Part shown: piece by piece, positions 54,539 through 64,000 of the stretch
Layout of the letters: each line of letters begins with the position of its first letter
Numbering within the stretch: position 1 is the stretch's first letter
Position numbers and translations under genes: made by a program
Source of the DNA: Eledone cirrhosa
Taxonomy: Eukaryota
Length of the DNA: 64,000 nucleotides
NCBI GenBank assembly: GCA_964016885.1
Contig: OZ024747.1
Span: 50,902,001 to 50,966,000, forward strand
Reading direction: 5' to 3'
The notes under the pieces: model-generated
Told to the model about the DNA's origin: nothing
The model's database searches: none
Seen by the model: the letters and a program-made list of their open reading frames with translations, nothing else

Positions 54539-56066
54539 AATGAACGGTTGAATATGAGGGTGTCATAGAGTTATAGAGATAATTGTTTATTGTCTTACAA
54601 ATTTAATGTTTGTAGATCCACATATAACAATTTAGCCCAATACATAATCCACAAATGCTGTCACCAACCAGACATTTGATGTCTTGCAGGAGAAGAAGTG
54701 TTGTGTTAGTTACTTCTCACTGACTTCTATGGTCACATGGTTTAATCGTTAAGATGTTTGGTTTATTCTGTGTTGAAGTATCGGCACCATTATGAATGAT
54801 ACTTCTTCACACGTACTGACTCTTAAGTGCCAACGATTCCGGCTTCGTACAATACAATGCGACACTTACTCAAATTTCCTTTACGTCTTCAAACTGATGG
54901 CGCACTATTTCGTTCGTGCAGTCGGTAATAAAACTGTTGTTTGTGTAAATAGATGTCTAGAATTCGCACGACATGGTCATCAAATAAAGGCTAATATCAG
55001 GTCATCTTTGCCTCAATGTGTGAGATAAGTTGCTTCAATACTATCGCATTCTTCTATATTTCTGCAACTAAATGTGCATAATTTCCTGTATATATATCTG
55101 CTGGTATATACCCAGCTTAATATAACAGCTGTTATATGTCTGTGCGATAGGCTAGATGGGTGTGTTAGATGAGTACATAGAATGATTAATGTTGGTGGTA
55201 CTGTTGTTTAGCAATGGTCAACACTGGCTAAGCTGACCAATCGTAAATGATCTTGCAGTCAGTGACCTAATGTAATTTTCTCTTGAAACCGTGTAACTAA
55301 CATTACATTATCTTATGTGTCTTACAATGAATGGTTGAATTGTAGTTCAGATTGATGTGAAGATGATGGATCAATGGGTGGTAGGATCGATAGATAATTT
55401 GGTCTTGAATACGAAGCTCACAGGAAAATATCGCGATGGTAAGGTTTGGTCAGAGCTGACATTGAATTAAAAACAAACAGCTCGACTAGAACCGCTACCT
55501 CGATCATCACCTAACATGCTAATTCTACAATATGATTTAAAAGAGATTAAGTTGTTATTTCCCTTACGTCACACGACAGGGCGTGTAGGATCTCTGGCGT
55601 TGGTTCAATATACTTCGAGGTCAGCTAAGATTAAGTAGACGCATAATCAAGAATAACCATCCCTTGAGAACTCAGGCTATAGTTTGTTTGTATTTTTTGT
55701 TAGCGAGTGTATATACATGTATGTGAGGGACTTCGTAGAACCTTCAGAGGTTCGGACAAATTGCCTTGTGGTATTTGTTAGGCTCTTTGTCTTCTGAATT
55801 GAAATCACAACGTGATCAAGTTTGTTTCATCTCTCCAAAGTTAATCAAATAAAGTAGTAGTCAAGTAGTGAGTGGACCTTACTCTCCTCCAGTTGTCACG
55901 TTTTGATGTTCTAGTGGGTCAAGTATGAGAGGGACGACTAGGTGTCTGAGTGTCCCCCGGGAATATATGGCTAACAAAAATAAACACAAACACATCTAGT
56001 AGCATCTATGACGTATGCTGATGCTAACTCATACATGCGAAGGGATATATATATAAATATATATAT

Positions 56067-56406
<340 letters not shown>

Positions 56407-56438
56407 AACACACACACACACACACACACATATATTTG

Positions 56439-56556
56439 TGAGGATATCCTTCGAATGAAACAGTTCTAGTTCTGTAGAAGAACCCATTTCTGTATTAAAG
56501 CTTGTATATACTCTACTATGCATTGAGTACCTTACATGCTGTGATTACTCCCGATT
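56439..56556 (+). mobile_element. pLTR family A copy truncated at the HHR core
   Basis: tgagga..gaatGAAAcagttctagttctgTAgaag..attaaa..attgagtacctta. Confidence 0.6.
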
Positions 56557-56699
56557 GAACTCGGGGCTCACACATACACGTACATACACATATATGCAAA
56601 AGGCAAACGCAAACAGAAATAACAAAACAAACGACACAGTCAGTACAATGAAGAAATATATTATTAGTTATACGCTTGATATAGTGTCCAGCCCCTAAC

Positions 56700-57088
56700 A
56701 ACATATCAGGAAGAAACCAGACTACAGCTATGGACTAGAAAGCTAGAGAGAGACTCCCCTCCTATTGACATGGGAATCCCCCCTTCTGAAGCCCTCCCTC
56801 ATGGCTCAGAAGCACCATGGGTCCAGTGGAAGACAATCAACCGCCCGAGAACAGGAATGGGGTGATCAAAAGCTGCTATGGCCAGATGGAGCTACAAGAC
56901 TGGGGCCCAACCATCTGCGAATGCGGAGAGGAGGACCATACGATGCAGCGCCGCCTTCTTTGCCCTCTACTACCCAACCAGTGCAGCTTAAAAGATCTCG
57001 CAGAATTTAATAATAATGCAAGGGAATGTGTAAAGGGGTGGGAAACTGTCATATAACCACATGCTTCGAAGATACGAAAAGAAGAAGT
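56700..57088 (+). mobile_element. Vingi/Ingi-like LINE 3' end
   Basis: LPHGSEAPWVQWKTINRPRTG..W / CECGEEDHTMQ..LLCPLLPNQCSLKDL; tail gatacgaaaagaagaag. Confidence 0.6.
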
Positions 57089-57133
57089 GGGAAAAGACTC
57101 TTAACGTTATATATATATATCTATATATATATA

Positions 57134-57797
57134 TCTATATATATATATATATAAAGTTGTAGTTCCTGTCTGTTTCTTTGTTTATTTGTTCACGCACACC
57201 TCGTATGGTTTTGGAGATAGACCCCCATAACCATATATATTCTGAAATTACATTGCCCAGGGTACTTGGATAAGTATATTTCCTTTTAATCAAAGGGTTC
57301 CCCGGGGCCACAAACCCCCGCTGAACATTTTTCCCTTCGATTTATATGAAATTTAAACCATAGGTAAATGACAAGATATGATGCCTATTCACATAGGCGT
57401 AATATTAAGACAGCCTAATGGGGATTAAACCCCCCATAGTGAAAATATTCGAAGCCCAAATAAAATAATGCTTTACACAAAAATGAAATGATCAAGATTA
57501 GAATTGATATTTTGAAAAAAATTATCTACAAGAAACAAAATAAGAATAAGGTGTAATAATGTAATTTTGATTTGATATATTACAAAAAATAATTGTTTCT
57601 ACTTTTGGCACAAGGCCAGTTATATATTACAAAAAATAATGTTTTCCAATTTTTCTTGCATTACATTTTACATTGAATAATATTGAAATGCAGAGTTTTT
57701 ACTCCATAAATTATATCACTGATTTAAAACCAAGCATGATTTTCTTACAAAAAACAAAAATGTGTGAAACGCAGCAAGGCGCGGGTAATTCGGCTAG
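57134..57797 (+). mobile_element. non-autonomous Helitron-type element with a 30-bp SINE tail insert (about 57590-57619, 19-bp TSD)
   Basis: A|TC(TA)n head, 3' GC-rich hairpin then CTAG|T. Confidence 0.6.
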
Positions 57798-57879
57798 TAT
57801 ATATATATATATATATATAGTGAAAACTGGAACGGGGGCAAAAACAGAGAGGCAGTACAAACAAAGGTTTATTGATTTC

Positions 57880-57926
<47 letters not shown>

Positions 57927-57966
57927 TATATTTAATACATTAACAGAGAAAGCTTTAAGCAATACT

Positions 57967-58151
57967 ATAGGAAAATGTTAGACCCCGACGGCAGAGCTCA
58001 AGCCGTTTCGACGGCTATTTCTGGACTCCGTCGAAACGGCTTGAGCTCTGCCGTCGGGGTCTAACATTTTCCTATTACCTACTCTACTACCCTAAGTATT
58101 GAGTACTCTGGTGCGTTATGGTCCATCTTGTTCCTTACCACACCTCCTTCG

Positions 58152-58209
<58 letters not shown>

Positions 58210-58422
58210 CGAAGGAAATGTGGTAAGGAACCAGGTGGACCATAACGCACCAAAGTACTCAATACTTAGGGCAGTAGAGTGGGTAATAGGAACGAGTAGG
58301 ACCCCGACGGCTGAGCTCAAGCCGTTTCGACGGCTAATTCTGGACATAATTACACATTATTACACGTCAGAATTAGCCGTCGAAATGGCTTGAGCTCAGC
58401 CGTCGGGGTCCTACTCGTTCCT
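57967..58422. mobile_element. two family E head-to-head inserts (57967-58154, 58208-58422)
   Basis: inverted arms around ctggac. Confidence 0.7.
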
Positions 58423-58432
58423 ATATATATAT

Positions 58433-58468
<36 letters not shown>

Positions 58469-58489
58469 CAAATATATATATATATATAT

Positions 58490-58550
<61 letters not shown>

Positions 58551-58627
58551 CAAATATATATATATATATATATATACAAATATATATATATATATATATA
58601 TACAAATATAAATTTAACGAGAATCGC

Positions 58628-58724
<97 letters not shown>

Positions 58725-59008
58725 AAGTGTGGGAGAGAGAGAAAGAGGAGAAGGGGAGAATTTTGTGGTGGGGGTTGTGATTGTAGGTGGTCATTAGACA
58801 TGCTAATATCTCCTTCTTGACAGGCCATATTATCTTAGGGAAGAGCCTATAAATTTCCTGAGAGCAGAAATACGATGGGATGGTCACAGCTGGAATAAGG
58901 TTTATTCATACGAAACCTGTCGCACATGTAAGTCTGACCTGGGGCTAAAAACTTCGATTCAAATAAATACTCTGATCACCATCAAAGCTTAGTACATGTA
59001 CCGTGACA

Positions 59009-59800
<792 letters not shown>

Positions 59801-59898
59801 AATATTAATAACTCTGGAAAACCAAAGCCGTTGAGTGCTTCCAATCTATTGTAAAATTCATTCTTTCATGTATTCATTGAACCTTGTTTAACTTTTAA

Positions 59899-59974
<76 letters not shown>

Positions 59975-60023
59975 TAAAATAACAGATTAAAGTTTAAGCA
60001 AAGAATCGCTGCTTTCACCCTTA

Positions 60024-60049
<26 letters not shown>

Positions 60050-60058
<9 letters not shown>

Positions 60059-60791
60059 ATTAAGTATGTGTGTATGTGTGTGTCTGTGTGTCTGTGTATT
60101 ACATATAGGGGCCTACATCTTACGACCGATTTTCATGAAACTTTACAGGCTCATAGATTAGTCATCGGGGAGTGTTTTCCATATATCAGCGTATCGTTTT
60201 TTTTTTATTCCGGGGTCATTCTGCAGATAAAAATCGATAGGTATCGAAAAATAAGATTTTTGGCTCTAGCTCCCAAATTTTGCCACTGATTTCGTTCAAA
60301 TTTGAAAGCAAAATAGAATTTATCATTGCACATCCTGTAATCGCTTTACATTTTGGAGTTTTTGTTCAAGAACGGCGTGGCAGCCGCTTAAATATTCGAA
60401 ATACCACCATTTCGCTCAAATTTCCGTCTTTTCGGCTCTAGCTCCCACATTTTTCAACCAATTTCCTTCAAATTCGAAACTTCGTCTCCACCTCACACAT
60501 AAATCAATTTATATGGTTCAACTTTTATACTACGATAGAACCTATCATTGCACATCTTATAGTAGCTTTACACTTTGCATTTTTCGTTCAGGGACGGCGT
60601 GGCAGCCGTTTAACTCTTCAAAATACGATTTTTTCGTCCTCCCACATATTCCATACGATTTCACTCAACATTTCGCCATTTGCTACACCTTACGACCGAT
60701 TTTCAAGAAACTCGCAGTCGCTAAGATCAACACCTTTTCATCAAAGCAGATATTATATTACTTACCCAGGCAACGCTGGATACTGCTGCTA

Positions 60792-60792
<1 letters not shown>
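60050..60792 (+). mobile_element. non-autonomous Helitron-type element
   Basis: tatataattaag..gtctg head; 3' cccaggcaacgctgga hairpin then CTAG|T. Confidence 0.6.
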
Positions 60793-60841
<49 letters not shown>

Positions 60842-61090
60842 TTCCTATCTTTCCGTTGCAATACCAGCTTTGTTTGTTTACATGTCTCGCTCGTTTCACC
60901 CTATTTTACTTGTCCCAATAACTCTATTTAGTTATTGCTCGCACCAACCAGAGGTATATGAATTTTAAAGCGATGAAATACCAATGAAGGTTGGAAGATC
61001 ACTGATGAAGGACTAATTTTATTCATATGTAACCCATGTGCAACCACGCAGCACTCCATTTTTCTTATATATGTATATATATATATATAT

Positions 61091-61382
61091 TTGATTAGAA
61101 AGTGTACAACACAGACGTATGTTATTATTGTATGGTCTGAGTTCAAATCCCGCCAGGGTTAACTTTGCCTTTCATCCTTACGGGGTCGATATAATAAAGT
61201 ACCAGTAATGCACTGGGATAATTGCTGGCCTTGTGCCAAAAGTAGAAATAATAAATATTGTCTGGGATCCAGAAACCTTTGGTAATGGAGTAGTTATATT
61301 TTGTGTTGTTCACTTTCTAATTAAATAGCTCTGTTCTATACATAGAGCACTCTTTTTTCCTTTGCTTTTCCTTCGGAATTAC

Positions 61383-61385
<3 letters not shown>
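61091..61385. mobile_element. pLTR-like family G head-to-head pair split by a 5'-truncated SINE (61131-61254,+)
   Basis: 61091-61113 inverted vs 61302-61324; HHR 3' half GAAA-cc uuu gg-UA at 61272. Confidence 0.45.
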
Positions 61386-61420
<35 letters not shown>

Positions 61421-61448
61421 GTATATATATATAAATATATGTATATGT

Positions 61449-61565
<117 letters not shown>

Positions 61566-61796
61566 ATTTCTATTTATTTGCCACGAGGGCACAAAAGAAG
61601 GGGACATTTACACAGTGGGGGAGTTTACATAAATCGAGTAAAGAAAAAAGGAATAACAATAATAATATAACAATAAAAAGTCCTCAAAAGGGAGGGGGCG
61701 TGTTGGGGATTGCACATACCCCCGAAAAGTGTGCAACTCTTTTCGCGGGGGAAGCCCAGAGAGGAGGCGCTCCCCCTTTCCTCTTCACTTCTTCAC

Positions 61797-64000
61797 CTAC
61801 AGAACAATGTAGAGAGAAGGCCCATTTACACGGGCCATTCTCGCTTCTTTCACCCACCTTTCATAAAACTGTCTGGGACCAAGCACTTCTCTCTCCATCC
61901 TGATTCTTCTTCCGAAGTGGTATCGGAAGAAGTAAACCAGGTGATGGCCGGAGAGAAAGTCACCCGACCTCAGACCTTTCAGGCGCGTCCACCACACAAC
62001 CTCTTTCATCATGGCTATTACGCACAGAAAGACCGCCTCTGCTTCATTTCTGAAGGGAGGAGGCGGCTTGATGTTCACCACAGACTCGGCGGTTAATCGA
62101 ATCGGCGCCACACGCGACAGCAGTCGTTCGACGTAGCCCCACAGATCGGCAATGCCCGGGCAGTGTACCAGTGCATGCGCAACGGTTTCCTCGTCGCGCA
62201 CGCATCTGGGACAGATCTTTTTCGCGGGATCCCTGCCCGGGCGCCCGTGTCTGTAGAGCTTTTCTCGAACGGGCAGAGCCCCCCGGTAACACTGCCAGGC
62301 TAGGGACCTCTGGAAGTTGTCCATGGGTCCCGGGCCGAAAGTTCTACCGAACAGGCTGGCCAGTTCGTCCTCCTCCATGCCTAGCGACTCTCCAAGGGTG
62401 TCGTCGCCCCTGCTAGCCACCAACCCTCTATAGAATGTTGAGGTGGATTCTCCACTGACAGTCGGGTCCGCTTGCCAGATAGCCGTGAGCGCCTGGGCAC
62501 ACTCAGTGTGCCAGTTGCCCAGTTTTCTCGGTCTTTGCTTCACCCAGGATTGCAGTTCGGTGAGCGAGACGAGCTGTGGGAAGGCTCGCCTCACAAACGG
62601 GGCCCACACCGGCTGACCGTTGAGGAATACCTGTAGATGCCGTAGCCTCAATGCGTGCCTACGCATCAACAGCCACGGCATACCCAGCCCTCCTTTCGAA
62701 GGGTGCTGGCAGCAGATGGATCTCCTCACCATGGGAGGCCGCTTCTTCCAGAGGAACTGGAAGAGCATGCGTTCCATGATGGTGAGCTTTTCCTTGGGGC
62801 AAGGCACGACGGTCAGGCGGTAGTAGATGACGGACGCTATGTAAGCGTTCGTCACCTCCGCCCGACCTTTCAGTGATAGTTTGCACTTGGCCCACTTCTG
62901 GGTCAGCGCAAACACCCTGCTCGTCACCTCGCCCCAATTCTTCTCCACCTGGAGGTCCGGTCCGAACCAGACCCCGAGCAGCTTCACCGGGCCCTCCGTC
63001 CACCGCCCGACGACACCGTCTAACGGCATCGGTTTGCCCCTCCACGTTCCGAGTTGCAAACCGACTGACTTGTCCTGGTTCAGCTTAGCCCCCGTCAGCC
63101 TTTCGTATTCCTCCAGTAGGGTGGCGATCGCCCCGATTTCCGAGGCGTCCGCCACCATTACTGTTACGTCGTCGGCATAGGCCGAGACCGCTTTGTGCAA
63201 TCCCGGTTCCAGGGGTATGCCCCGCAGCAACTCCAACTTCCGCAGCAGTGGCTCGAGAGTCAATACGTACAGAAGGGAGGAGAGGGGGCACCCCTGTCTG
63301 ATGGATCGGGTGATTTGAAACGGCTCCGAGAGGTAGCCGTTTACTTTAATCCTAGAGTAGATATTGCCACTGTGCATGGCAGAAATCCAGCCCCTGAAAA
63401 CGGGTCCGAAGCCCGCCGCCGCTAGCACCGCATCCAGGTAACCATGGTCGACCCTATCGAACGCCTTAGATTGATCCAAGTTGATCAGGGCCCCACCAAA
63501 GCCGGGTTCGTAGCCAACCCTCTCTATGATGTATCGCATGAGGTGGAGGTTGTCGTGAATGGACCTGGACGGGATAGCGCATGTCTGCGCGTCTCCCACC
63601 AAACCACCCACCACAAGCGCCAACCTCTTCGCCAACACCTTGGCCAAAATCTGTAACTCTGCATTCAGCAGAGTTATGGGCCTAAAGTTACTTAAGTCGT
63701 CCCCCTTGCTCTCGTCCTTCCTCACTAGCGTGACCACGCCCTTGGTCACAGAACAGGGAATTCTCCCGTTCTGTTGCCAGTTGCAATAGACAGCCTCGAG
63801 GAGTTCGGAGAACAAGACCGGCATAGCTAAATAAAGTTCGTATGGTAGACCATCGAGACCCGGGGATTTGCGTCTGCTGCATTGGCTGAGCGCTTCCCCG
63901 ATTTCAGTGGCTGTGATTGGCCCTTCGCAGCACTCCGCTTCGCCGCTCGAAAGACGCGGTAGACCGTCGAGGTATGGACCGAAGTCCACATCCCCGTCCG
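61797..64000 (-). CDS. L1/Tx1-clade LINE ORF2 (RT + zf-RVT), 5'-partial; 3'UTR to about 61565
   Basis: 730 aa open: KSPGLDGLPYELY, NFRPITLLN, LDQSKAFDRVDH, RQGCPLS, AYADD, GGLG, CPRC..ETVAHALVHCP; AATAAA then (TCTA)n. Confidence 0.92.
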   Translation of the reverse strand, partial: DGDVDFGPYLDGLPRLSSGEAECCEGPITATEIGEALSQCSRRKSPGLDGLPYELYLAMPVLFSELLEAVYCNWQQNGRIPCSVTKGVVTLVRKDESKGDDLSNFRPITLLNAELQILAKVLAKRLALVVGGLVGDAQTCAIPSRSIHDNLHLMRYIIERVGYEPGFGGALINLDQSKAFDRVDHGYLDAVLAAAGFGPVFRGWISAMHSGNIYSRIKVNGYLSEPFQITRSIRQGCPLSSLLYVLTLEPLLRKLELLRGIPLEPGLHKAVSAYADDVTVMVADASEIGAIATLLEEYERLTGAKLNQDKSVGLQLGTWRGKPMPLDGVVGRWTEGPVKLLGVWFGPDLQVEKNWGEVTSRVFALTQKWAKCKLSLKGRAEVTNAYIASVIYYRLTVVPCPKEKLTIMERMLFQFLWKKRPPMVRRSICCQHPSKGGLGMPWLLMRRHALRLRHLQVFLNGQPVWAPFVRRAFPQLVSLTELQSWVKQRPRKLGNWHTECAQALTAIWQADPTVSGESTSTFYRGLVASRGDDTLGESLGMEEDELASLFGRTFGPGPMDNFQRSLAWQCYRGALPVREKLYRHGRPGRDPAKKICPRCVRDEETVAHALVHCPGIADLWGYVERLLSRVAPIRLTAESVVNIKPPPPFRNEAEAVFLCVIAMMKEVVWWTRLKGLRSGDFLSGHHLVYFFRYHFGRRIRMEREVLGPRQFYERWVKEARMARVNGPSLYIVL

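Noticed and set aside
60995-61065. CTGATGA hammerhead start
   Set aside because: no downstream GAAA or stem II/III
61700-63882. many overlapping ORFs antisense or out-of-frame to Tx1 ORF2
   Set aside because: shadow ORFs of a GC-rich coding sequence

Overview
Repeat-saturated, AT-rich animal genomic DNA. It is most likely octopus, inferred from the recurrent SINE and the microsatellite load. No host gene could be supported, and almost all listed ORFs are microsatellite translations. Recognisable content: a near-complete but frameshifted Penelope-like retroelement (RT + GIY-YIG, minus strand, about 47.6-51.8 kb); the 3' part of a young L1/Tx1-type LINE (61.6-64 kb) plus an older deleted copy; RTE, R4/Dong-type and Vingi/Ingi-like LINE fragments; more than 15 tRNA-headed SINE copies; five Helitron-type non-autonomous elements; a mariner remnant; and 15-, 37- and 84-bp satellites. 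The most interesting signal is non-coding. About 17 type-I hammerhead ribozyme (HHR) or HHR-like motifs, from at least 7 families of short Penelope pLTR-like inserts, sit in (TA)n tracts. A dozen or so of these inserts are head-to-head inverted pairs, one family has a fixed 5' end, and one tandem HHR pair could excise a 176-nt RNA. All folds were derived by eye, and no database searches were run.
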